Part shown: positions 38,501 through 48,738 of the stretch, one piece after another
How positions within the stretch are numbered: the stretch's first letter is position 1
Layout of the letters: every line of letters starts with the position of its first letter
Assembly (NCBI RefSeq): GCF_902713615.1
Contig: NC_052164.1
Coordinates: 95,403,898 to 95,467,897, forward strand
DNA from: Scyliorhinus canicula
Lineage: Eukaryota
DNA: 64,000 nt
Direction of reading: 5' to 3'
Position numbers and translations under genes: made by a program
The notes under the pieces: model-generated
Databases searched by the model: none
The model's input: only the letters and a program-made list of their open reading frames with translations
Told to the model about the DNA's origin: nothing

Positions 38501-39735
38501 ATGCCTAAGATTAAGTAGTGTGAAGCAGCAATTAGACAAAAGACACCAGTGATCTTTTCCGGCAAATGCAGGAGGTGCAACACCCTTTACCTGCTCCCGC
38601 CTCACCGTTCAAGGGCTCAACGATCGGTTCAGGTTAAGCAGCGTTTACCTCGCACTTCCTTCAATTTGGTCCATTGTTTTCGCTGCTCCCAGCTCCCAAT
38701 ATCGACTCCTCGACACTGGGGAGACTAACTGTAGACTGAGGTGACCTCTTCGTGGAACACTTTCCCTCAGCCCACAAGAATTTACACCAAACTTCCTGTT
38801 GTCTTCCATTTTAATTCAGCACCTTGCTCTCGTGCCCATACGTCCTGTTGTGACGCTCCAGTGACACCCAACACAAGCTGGAGGAGCAACATCTCATCTT
38901 CCGGTTGGGCACATTACAAGCCTCAGGACTCGATGCTGCACTCGGGAACTTTTGACCTCTCCCTTCTCTAAAAACCCCGCTTCTTAAATTTGTGTTATTC
39001 CATGCATGTATTGCCTCAATGCAAAACACCTCCCCCCTCCTTTCCCAAAGCCATCTGTCTTGTGTTCTTAAAGTTACTACTTTTGGTTGCAGTTTCTATA
39101 TTCTCCCACCTTTCCGCTCTGTCGAAGAGCCTACAGACTCGAAACGTCAACTCTGTTTCTCTCCTGAAGGACGTTGGCCGATCTGCTGAGTTTTCCTCGA
39201 GTCCTCTGTTATTGGCCGGAATTCTGCGGCAGTCGAGTCTCTCTGTTCCCGCCGGCAGCAACCCCTTGCCCTTATTTAGGCTCCAATTTTTTTTTTAATA
39301 GACGTCTTATCTTTTAAACCATGTCTTTGTATTCTATATATTAAAAAATGTAAATATACGTGTTGCAATCAGTGACATTATTAATATTCTCTTGCAATCC
39401 AAAAGGAATTTATCCCTTCCGGAGTACTCGATGTAATGGATCAAAATGCCAAGTTAAAAGAACTGGTTCCAGGGGGACAACTGCTTCCTTGTGACATTTT
39501 CCTGCACACCAGTGTAGGTAGGTCAAAACACAAAATGATTTTCTGGGGCTGCAAAATGCGTAACAAGACAATTTTTGTTTTACGACAACGTAAATCCTAG
39601 AGAGCACGCTTTAAATCATTGTCACCACCTTTGATGTTTGCAGCATGCATACTTACGCCCTCCAAAATATTAAAAGACAGTTCTGTTATTCTCTTCCAGG
39701 AGCTCAATAAGGGACACGACATCGGCTGTCAGTGA
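26559..39735 (+). CDS. Multi-exon IkappaB-zeta (NFKBIZ)-like atypical IkappaB with an OCA motif and about 4-5 ankyrin repeats, roughly 520-570 aa
   Basis: Phase-consistent GT-AG exons: 26505(ATG 26559)-26622, 28843-28964, 29253-29280, 29372-29436, 30409-31060, 32320-32424, 34842-34988, 35098-35158, 36120-36285, 37359-37466, possible 39406-39517, last exon from 39700. Segments LSFFQFQL..SVDKNGNTMLHNAVIQGKRALAYSLA, TALHLAAERNQHLMVSDLISLGAQIN..GKTPVHLCAENG and LTPLHCAVLAH..LLRMGS parallel IkappaB-zeta ankyrins 1-4. Needs 1-nt corrections near 30873, 32387 and 36232. Confidence 0.85.
27260..27572 (+). mobile_element. HE1-type SINE (intronic)
   Basis: Matches other copies; (TATGTTC)n tail. Confidence 0.88.
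28843..28964 (+). CDS. Exon encoding the OCA-type peptide KKYLGVRVRQPV[R]DLLRNYR
   Basis: TTAG acceptor and CAG|GTATGG donor; phase 1 in, phase 0 out. Motif resembles POU2AF1 YQGVRVKEPVKELL. Confidence 0.8.
33301..33909. mobile_element. GC-rich MITE, putative PIF/Harbinger type
   Basis: Termini GGGTGCGATTCTC...GAGAATCCCGGCC; internal similarity to 53958-54564. Confidence 0.75.
33950..34453 (-). mobile_element. CR1 LINE 3' end
   Basis: EYCVQFWSPHY..RGLDRVD..TRGHSLKL..FFTQRVVRPWNALP. Confidence 0.9.
34842..34988 (+). CDS. Ankyrin-repeat exon (intact, 49 codons)
   Basis: Pyrimidine tract plus CAG acceptor, GTAAGT donor; TALHLAA and GKTPVHLCA motifs. Confidence 0.93.
36925..37093. mobile_element. 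Short MITE
   Basis: TIRs GGGCTGGATTCTCC...GGAGAATCCTGGCCC. Confidence 0.75.
37723..38240. mobile_element. Nested SINE cluster; poly(A)-tailed + SINE at 37951-38181 with a 14-bp TSD
   Basis: TSD AAACATGGGTCCCT at 37937-37950 and 38182-38195. Confidence 0.88.
38555..39200 (+). mobile_element. Penelope-like element 3' end (GIY-YIG remnant and hammerhead motif)
   Basis: Degenerate FQVKQR..TSFNLV..GET..RL motifs; CTGTCGA-AGAGCCTACAGACTC-GAAACGTC at 39119-39148. Confidence 0.78.
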
Positions 39736-40389
39736 GACAGTCCACAAATTGACAAGTGAAGTCAAGACATTGTGAAGCCTGAGCTGAGGTTGAAAGCAAA
39801 GCATGTGCACTTACATATAACCGTTTGTATTTTCTATACACACATATATACGCACACACAAACCATTTGATGAATAAGTGCACGGACCTGCTGAAATCGA
39901 TTCCGCAAAAAACAATTTGCTATAATACAAATTTGGGCTGTTTATAAACCAATGTATTTTACTTTTATCTGCAAAGAAATGAGTACAAGATGTTCTTAGC
40001 TCCAGTGAGGCTCAGGCTACTTAAAAATGCAACAAGGGTTAAGTGTTGCAGACATTGCAACAGAGAAAGTGTAACGTTGCGAAAGAGTCGTAGAGCAAGC
40101 TAAAGTTGAAATCGTCTTGTCATTTTCAAGATTACTTGGACAAAAGCGAACAATCAGGTTTAAATGTGGTTACCCAGTGCAGAGGATCCATGCAAGCAGA
40201 TACATACAGATGCTTTGACGACCTCATGTTATTGCACATAGCCTGCCCAAATTAAATTATGAGCCAATGTTGAACTTAATGGTGATCAGCACTTGACACT
40301 TTCTTGTTGCTAATGCATTGGATTAGTCAGTTGCTTCAAACAACCACTAAATTGAAATAAGATGAAAGAAAATTAAGCTGCTTCCAAAA

Positions 40390-40756
40390 ATATTTTTGGA
40401 ATATACCACTGGGCAGCACGGTAGCATAGTGGTTAGCACAATTGCTTCGCAGCTCCTGGGTCCCAGGTTCGATTCCCGGCTTGGGTCACTGTCTGTGCGG
40501 AGTCTGCACGTTTTCCCTGTGTCTGCGTGGGTTTCCTCCGGGTGCTCCGGTTTCCTCCCACAGTCCAAAGATGTGTGGGTTAGGTGGATTGGCCATGCTA
40601 AATTACCCTTAGTGTCCAAAATTGCCCTTAGTGTTGGGTGGGGTTACTGGGTTATGGGGATAGGGTGGAGGTGTGCGGTTGGGAAGGGTGCTCTTTCCAA
40701 GAGCCGGTGCAGACTCGATGGGCCGAATGGCCCGCTTCTGCACTGAAAATTCTATA
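40390..40756 (+). mobile_element. HE1-type SINE in the putative 3' UTR
   Basis: Full-length match to other copies. Confidence 0.9.
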
Positions 40757-40851
40757 ACAGACTTTTACTAACCACTATAACAGACAAATTTCAACTTTAG
40801 TTACTGGTCTGTGACTGTTCATTATATGGAAGCCCATAGTTGCAATTAAGT

Positions 40852-40866
40852 GGTTTCTGTGAAACT
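40852..40866 (+). promoter_or_regulatory. Roquin-binding constitutive decay element (CDE) stem-loop
   Basis: GGTTTC-TGT-GAAACT fits UUC-YRY-GAA with a 5-6 bp stem, about 1.1 kb downstream of the stop codon. Confidence 0.6.
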
Positions 40867-41293
40867 TCCATTGTTGGCTACATGTTTAGCAAACTGCATT
40901 GTATATATTGTCTTACAGTAAAAGAGTGTTTCCTTTGTTCCCAGCCTACCTTTTTTACTGATTTTGTTTATAAAGTCTGCACTACATAATGCTGTTACTT
41001 GTTCCTTTCAGTAGTTTGGCCTACTTTTGGACTAAAAATTAACCTCTGGTGCTCATATAACACTGTGGATTTGGAGGGCAATGACTGGTTGCTAATTGGT
41101 TGTAATGAGAAAACGGCGTTCTGAGTGAGGATGAAACGTCCGTTGCAAGGCAATTAAGGGGTGGCTTGGACCGTCAAGTGTGGCTGACTATTTTTTATTT
41201 ATGTTTATTTCAAAACAGATAATAATCGTTTATGTGATGTGTCCTGGCCCCAGTTTCCTTCCTATGTGCATGAGTTATCGTAGTCCCTTCATT

Positions 41294-41531
41294 GTTTTTA
41301 AAATTTAGAGTAACTCTAAATTTAGAGTTATTTTTTTTCCAATTAAGGGGCAATTAGACGTGGCCAATCTGCCTACCCGCACATCTTTGGGTTGTGTGGG
41401 TGAAACCCACGCAGACATTGGGAGAATGAGCAAACTCCACACGGAGAGTGACCCAGGGCCGGGATCGAACCCGGATCCTTAGCGCCGTAGTCAACAGTGA
41501 TAACCACTGTGCCACCGTGTCAACCCGTTTG
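41294..41531 (-). mobile_element. Poly(A)-type SINE with TSD
   Basis: GTCCCTTCATT at 41283-41293 and 41532-41542. Confidence 0.8.
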
Positions 41532-41902
41532 GTCCCTTCATTTGATAAAGTACTTTCAAACATCCGTGCCCATTATCCTGAATCTCCACAGACAGCTTTT
41601 AAAACAGAGTGAGTTAACCCTGGAGGATGAGATTTTCTACATATTTAGGGCCTAGAAGTTAATCTGTTGGTGATTGCACTTGAGTGTTGAAATTTGGTAT
41701 AATTAATCAACTTCCGTACCATTGGCCAATATCCTACGATTGTTGTAACATTTTCAGAAGTTCAGAGAAAAAGGAGTCCGAGGACTGTAGTGTATTTTAA
41801 CTCACTGTCATTCCAACTTTTGACATCTGGGGACTTTGATGTAGTTCAGAGTATGGAGGGACAAACTGTTGCCGGCCTTGAGGACACTATTTGATCCTAC
41901 CG

Positions 41903-42227
41903 TGGGGCAGCACGGGTAGCACAAGTGGATAGCACTGTGGCTTCACAGCGCCAGGGTCCCAGGTTCGATTCCCGTTGGGTTACTGTCTGTGTGGAATCTG
42001 CACGTTCTCCCCGTGTCTGCGTGGGTTTCCTCCGGGTGCTCCGGTTTCCTCCCACAGTCCAAAAACATCCAGGTTAGGTGTATTGGCCATGCTAAATTGC
42101 ACTTAGTGTCCAAAAAGGTTAGGAGGGGTTATTAGGTTACGGGGATAGGGTGGAAGTGAGGGCTGAAGTGGGTCGGTGCAGACTCGATAGGCCGAATGGA
42201 CTCCTTCTGCACTGTATGTTCTATGTT
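41903..42227 (+). mobile_element. HE1-type SINE
   Basis: Full-length match to other copies. Confidence 0.9.
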
Positions 42228-42677
42228 GCTACATCAAAGTCTCTAACAGCAGTGTAGGACTACGTGGACCCCTGTGGTTCAGGGTAAAGATTCTCCACCA
42301 CATCCTCACAGGGTAATTAGGGATGGGCAACAAATCTCAGAGCTGTCAGTGACAACCCATGTCCTGGGAAATAATTTTTAAAAAATACTTCAGCTATTGT
42401 ACATCGGCACAAGTCTGTATAAATGGCCACAATGTTGCCTTTGCGATGCCACACATGGACATCGCTACACTGTTGCAGGAATTGTCACTGTACTGAGTAT
42501 GGAGTTGGTCAGGTCACATTGAGATAGTAAAAATGGGTATTTATCTCTACACCTGCCCAATAATATGCTTGAAGCATGACATCATCTGGCAACTAAATAA
42601 CTGGAGCAGGATTGTCTAGGCACAGGAAAGAAAACAAACTGATAATTTACCAAAAATAAATTTTATTGTGTCTTAAA

Positions 42678-43015
42678 CGGGCAGCACGGTAGCACAGTGG
42701 TCAGCACAGTTGCTTCGCAGCTCCATGGTCCCAGGTACGATTCCTGGCTTGGGTCACTGTCTGTGCGGAGTCTGCACGTCCTCCCCGTTTCTGCGTGGAT
42801 TGCCTCCGGGTGCTCCGGCTTCCTCCCACAGTCGAAAGATGTGCAGTTTAGGTGGATTGGCCGTGCTAAATTGCCCTTGGTGTCAAAAAAAAGGTTAGGT
42901 GGGGTTACTGGGTTACGGGGATAGGGTGGTGTTGTGGGCTTAAGTAGGGTGCTCTTTCCAAGGGCCGGTGCAGACTCGATGGGCCGATTGGCCTCCTTCG
43001 GCACTGTAAATTCTT
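42678..43015 (+). mobile_element. HE1-type SINE
   Basis: Full-length match to other copies. Confidence 0.9.
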
Positions 43016-44599
43016 TTTAAAAAAGCATTCTAAAACCAGGAATACTGTCGCAATATTTCCTTTGATTTAGTCAGCGAAGTTTTCCAACTTTATCATTCTG
43101 AAAGGAGTTCTGGATTCGTAATCTCTTCCTTCGTTAGAAACCAGCCTTTGTTGTCGGTGCGTGTCCTGTGACACAGCTTCCATTTGAATGGAATACGTCA
43201 CTGAGGCCGAGTTCAACAGGGGTGGTTGGACTATTTCAGGAACTAACCAAAACCCTGAATTCAATGAGCTCATTATTATCGCGGTGGAGGCATGAATCTT
43301 ATTAAACTTATCCCAACAGCAACAAAGATATTTGGACAAACCAGACCAAATCTTTCAGTAGCTGGGCCAACAGATCAATGGAGTTTTGCTCAGAAAAGGG
43401 AAGGAGAATTAGTGAAATTTTGATGCCTTTGTTTAGCCACCACCCATGTGGTGCAAGTAATAGGAGGTTTCCCAAAATTTCCATGGGACCATATCTTATT
43501 TTTTTTTGTCTGACCTTTGTAAGCATATGGGTTACATGCATGAGCATATTGACCCATAAATTCCATGAAGTCCTGCCGCATGCATATGTGCCCTAAAAGC
43601 GCACTGCGTTCAAACCTCCGAATGGGGTTTTTTGTTTACCTGTCGGGATATAAATGCTGTGCTGAAATGCATCAGTGTAAAGTGATGGGGCAGTGCTAAC
43701 TTTGCTTACTTGCCCCGATTGATAGGTCACTGTTTACGTCTGCTTATTTACACATTTTCAATTCTGTTCCGGCTGCAGTGTGGGAAGGCAGAAGACATAC
43801 AGGAGGTTGTTTAAAATATATGGAATGGGCAGAAAATCATGGAAAGATTTTGTTTTACAACCTTGTCATGACATTCTGCTGTTAATTCCATTAAAAGTAC
43901 TTCATGTGTAACAAATGGGTTTGAATCATGGAAGTGTCTCTTATATGGTGCAGCTAAAGGTCATATGTGAATTAGCAATTTTGTTTTATTCCAGTTTAAG
44001 AATCTCCCTCGTGCAATGTTGATCCTAGAAGCCTCTTAAGTAGTGAGTTTGATATGGTGAAATGAGTTCTGCATTTACTGTGAGAAATATGTAACTTGGC
44101 TATTTCAAATGCTTGAGATGACATATGCAAGACTCCTCTAAGCTGATGGTGAACTATCTCTCTGATAGGTATTGCAGAATGCAATGCAGATTGAAAACTT
44201 GATCTCTAGATCGCCTGGCAACTTTTGCTTTTGGACATTGAGTTTTTAAAATGAATGATATGTCCCTCCCTCCCTCCCTTCCCTCCGTCATTCCCTTCCC
44301 TCTCTCCCTATGTGCAAAAATATGGCAACAGAACAGTTGTAGTAAGTTTTAAAATATATTTTATTACCATAGTTGAAAATGTTGACATAGTTCTCATCCC
44401 AAATGTCATGCTGCAACCACTTAAGTTAAGCGTTAACTTAACGTGAATATGCTATCAAATTTTGTATTGTCCAACGTTATTTTTGTAAATAAATGTTTTT
44501 CATTGAACTTTTACAGACTGCTACAAATGTCTTATTGCAACATCGAAAACACAACATTTAAATACATGATCATTTTTAAAAAGTTTTGAAGCTACCAAA

Positions 44600-44786
44600 T
44601 TATTTTTTTTCCCAATTAAGGGACAATTTAGTGTGACCAATTCACCTAACCTGCACATCTTTTGGGTTGGGGGGTGGAACCGCACGCAGACACCGGAGAA
44701 TGTGCAAACTCCACACCGACAGTGACCCAGGGCCGAGATACGGACCCGGGTCCTCAGCGCCGTGAGGCAGCAGTGCTAACCACTGG
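44600..44786 (-). mobile_element. Poly(A)-type SINE
   Basis: Matches the copies at 41294 and 52181. Confidence 0.8.
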
Positions 44787-45286
44787 GTCTATACAATCAT
44801 CACAACTGAATAATATAATTGAATTAAACAACATATTTGGACAGACAAATGTTTAAAATAAGTCATTAATATACTAATGAACAACACAAACGAAAAATAA
44901 AATAAGTGTTACAAACACATTTAACATTAAGTCAGGCCAGATGAGCAGAACAATTTAAAAAGGAGCAGACATAAGGGGGTGAATGAGGTAGAGCTAGCAG
45001 TGTTGGATGGGAGGGGAGAGGGAACCTGATTCTTTCCCGAGTTGCCACTGGACCCTTCCCCACCCTTTTGACGTATCAGCCCGCTGCAAGATGTTGCCCT
45101 TCTCCGCTGCAGCTACAGTGATGCACTGCTGCGATGCACTCGCCGCCGTTAAATCTCTTTCAGCAACTCTGCTGCTGCATAAGACCCAATACTTTCTGCT
45201 CTGTTGTAACCGTTTGGGGCATTTGTGAAAGCTTTAAAAAAAGCACAATTACTTTTGCATCAGATTAACTGTCACCTTGACGACAT

Positions 45287-45902
45287 TGTTATGGGCCAGG
45301 GTTAGAGAACCCCAAAGTGTACCATGGAGTTCACCTGACCCACAACTTTTAATAGATTGTGGTATGGGGAGCACACGGCCCACTCTACAGGTGTGTAGAG
45401 CAGAAATGGAAAAAGTATTTTTTAAAGCAAACAATGTTTATTCTATAAACTCAATTTTACCTTTTTAAAATATACAGTGAACATCTTAGCAACCATTAAT
45501 TCAAATACAACCCCCAAAGAATACAACACTAAGTAATCCTTTAAGCTTTCCTTCAACATCCATAAGACTTAAAACCCTTTTACCAGAAGCACAACAGTTA
45601 AAGTCACTACTGTTATTAGTTTTAAATCACCAGGAATCGATTTACAGTCTTTAGATTTCAGAGAGAGATTCATACACCTCTGGCTGTGGCGGCAGCTATC
45701 CAGCTCTGAAAATGAAACTAAAACACGCCCTGCAGCAAACAGCCTAAAACAAAAGTAGAAAGCTGACAGACAGCTCAGCTCCACCCCCTCTCTGACATCA
45801 CTGCCGTAATAAACACTCATTTCTTAAAGGTACTCTCACTACAGATATTATATACACACCCATTTATAAACACCAATTTCTTAAAGGTACTCTCACATAA
45901 CA
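45287..45902 (-). mobile_element. Solo LTR (616 bp)
   Basis: Perfect terminal inverted repeat TGTTATG...CATAACA; 4-bp TSD ACAT/ATAT; AATAAA on the minus strand near 45437. Confidence 0.85.
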
Positions 45903-46896
45903 ATATGATCAGCTGGCTTTTCTTCTAACCGTGACTCAGTCCCAGATCTGCATCACCATTTATTATATTTCGGGGTTTGAGAGACCCAACAATCGGCAAG
46001 CCTGCTCCTCCTGCTCAGTGGGTTATGTCTGCCAGTCCCCCTCCAGTCATTGAGTCTGAACCTGGAGGCAGTCTGATCAAGATTGGATGGGGCTACTTCA
46101 TAGCATGACCAATGCTACTGCATTTGCCACCTCAAAGTTAGCAAAGAGACATCAATGTCTCTTATCAAGACTGATTTTGACACATCAAAAACTGAGTCGG
46201 CAGAACAATCGCTCCCCCCTTTCGTAATTTTACATTCAGAAACTAGGATTTTAAGTTTTAAAAATTACTTAATGAGTTAAGATATATAGACAACCTGTGT
46301 GGAGTTTGTACTTTCTCCCTGTGTTTGCATCCCACGGGATGGGTATGTGCATCGGGCCTGGATTGGGTGCTCTTTCGGGGGGGGGGGGGGTCAGTATATA
46401 CTCGATGGGCCAACTGTTCTCCTTCTGCACCTTATATGATTATATGAACCTGGCTGAATGCATTGAACCATTTGATATCTTCGGCATTGGCCAAGGCATG
46501 ACACCGATTGATGGCTGTTAGGCCAGCAGCAACCTGCTTACAAGCCATAGTTCAAAGTTTTCTTGGAGGTTAGATTTTCCTTGCCCTGGAATATTAACTC
46601 GCCTCGGTTCAACCTCATTCAAACAGGGTAGCCAACTCACCTGTGAAACTCTGAAGCTTCGAAATACCTTTATAATAGCAGAGAATCCTTCTGCTATCTC
46701 AGTGTTCACTTCAAAACTGTTCTTTCAAAGCATGTCCTCCGTGGGTATTCCTAATCTGACCCTGTCATACAGATGGCGTGGCTATGCACCTACATCACGC
46801 TGGGGACTACGGGGAACGTTTCGCCGCAGGCTCAAGTTTGTTCATCAGATCGGGCGTCGGTTTAGGATTATTAAGCGGCGGAAAGTGCGCAACAGA

Positions 46897-47082
46897 GGCC
46901 GGAATTCTCCGGCCGTTGGGATTCTCTTTTCCCGCCAACAGTGCATTCCCGCTCAGGGGATTCCTGATGTTAAGGGTTGGCGTCATTGGGAAACGCCATT
47001 GACAAGAGGCGGGCATAGAGGATGCAGCGGCAAGCGAATGGCGTGCCGCCGAGCAACATGCAACTGGGGGACCGGATAATCC
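46897..47082. mobile_element. Short MITE
   Basis: GGCCGGAATTCTCCGG...CCGGATAATCC. Confidence 0.6.
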
Positions 47083-48007
47083 ATATAATTGTTACAATTG
47101 CAGGCCATGCTTGTGGTAAAGTGAAGGAGACTGATAGAATACAATAAAGTCCAACAGCCATATGACACCTGAGTTTGCTTTCTAATGTCTTACTTTCAGC
47201 TAGTTAATAATTTACAATGTGGTTAAATCTGACACTTTTATTATTTATATACGCAATGTTGCTCTCTGTCTTACCAAATTCCAAAGAAACTGAGTGGAAT
47301 TTAATGCTCTTTCGCTTTGCTGAGATTTGTATGGGGGCAATTGGGGATGTCACTGTTTTCCCATCTCCACCCTGATTACACCAGACAGCCAACGGTCCAC
47401 TCACGGGCCTTATCCCGACACTGCTGGGGTTGCGGGGAGTTGGGGGGGGGGGGGGGGGGCACGCTGATGGCACTCACCATGTGGGTGGCACCACAAGGAA
47501 ATCTGTGCGGGGTTGCTTGCCAACTCCCGGGTGGAGGGGGGGGGGTCAGGTTCCCTTATTCCAGGGCATTCAGTACCTGATCGATGGATCAGCATTGGAG
47601 AAGGGAAGCCTGCGGAGGGCCAACCGTTCCCGTCCCTGCTATCAATCCACCTCCCTTTCCCTCCACTGCGACCCCCACCCCCGGGACCCCTCCCGCAACG
47701 CCAACCATTACTCACCTGTGCCTGTGGCCATTGCAAATCCTGGGCCTCAGGCGCGTATTGTGCACAGCAGCCACTGCCCCCCAGATACTTTGAGTTTCAT
47801 GATTCGAATGGATTATTTAATCATCCTGATTGATAACAATAAAGAGCAGAGTACTGTCGGTTTTATAGTTTCCTGCTTTATTTCTCCACACTTCCAATCA
47901 AGCATTTAGTTTGTTCATGTGTGCAATGTTAATTGTAGCATAATGTTCTGGTACAAAGTGATGTAAATCCAAAAAACAGCACCCAAACAAACCACCTGAG
48001 GGTGTCA

Positions 48008-48738
48008 CAGATCATAGATCATAGAATTTACAGTGCAGAAGGAGGCCATTTGGCCCATCGAGTCTGCACCAGCCCTTAGAAAGAGCACCCTACCTAAACC
48101 ACCCTATCCCCATAATCCCACCTGACCATTATTGGACACTCAGTGGCAATGTAGCATGGCCAATCCACCTCACCTGCACATCTTTGGACAGTGGGAAAAA
48201 ACCGGAGCACACGGAAAAAACCCACCCAGTCACGGGGAGAACGTGCAGACTCCGCACAGGCAGTGACCCAAGCCGGGAATCGAAACTGGGACCCTGGAGC
48301 TGTGAAGCAACTGCGCTAACCACTGTGCTACCGTACTGCCCTAAAGAGGCACCAAACTCTCCGGAAGCCTCAGATATGTATCTAAGCCCAAGGCAGAAGT
48401 CCCAATTATTGGGCCTGCACGGTTGCTTCACAGCTCCAGGGCCCCAGGTTTGACTCCCGGCTGGGCCACTGTCTGTGCGGAGTCTGCATGTTCTCCCCAT
48501 GTGTATATGGGTTTCCTCTGGGTGCTCCGGTTTCCTCCCACAGTCCAAAGATGTGCGGGTTAGGTGGATTGGTAATGCTACATTGCCCTTAGTGTCCGAA
48601 AAGTATTGAGTGGGGGTTACTAGGTTACGGGGATAGGGTAGATACATGGGCTTCAGTAGGGTGCTCTTTGTAAGGGCCAGTGCAGACTCAATGGGCCAAA
48701 TGGCCTCTTTCTGCACTGTAAATTCTATGATTCTGTGA
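48008..48738. mobile_element. Head-to-head HE1-type SINE pair (- 48008-48341; + 48410-48738)
   Basis: Both copies full length, about 70 bp apart. Confidence 0.88.

Noticed and set aside
26559-39735. Assigning the symbol NFKBIZ or NFKBID
   Set aside because: The family is clear but orthology is not: the OCA motif, the N-terminus and the ankyrin count differ.
43561-43569. Second CDE (TTCCATGAA)
   Set aside because: The stem is only 3 bp and it is unknown whether the UTR extends this far.
46814-46848. Minus-strand CTGATGA...GAAACGTTC hammerhead-like core
   Set aside because: The intervening 19 nt cannot form stem II and there is no Penelope context.
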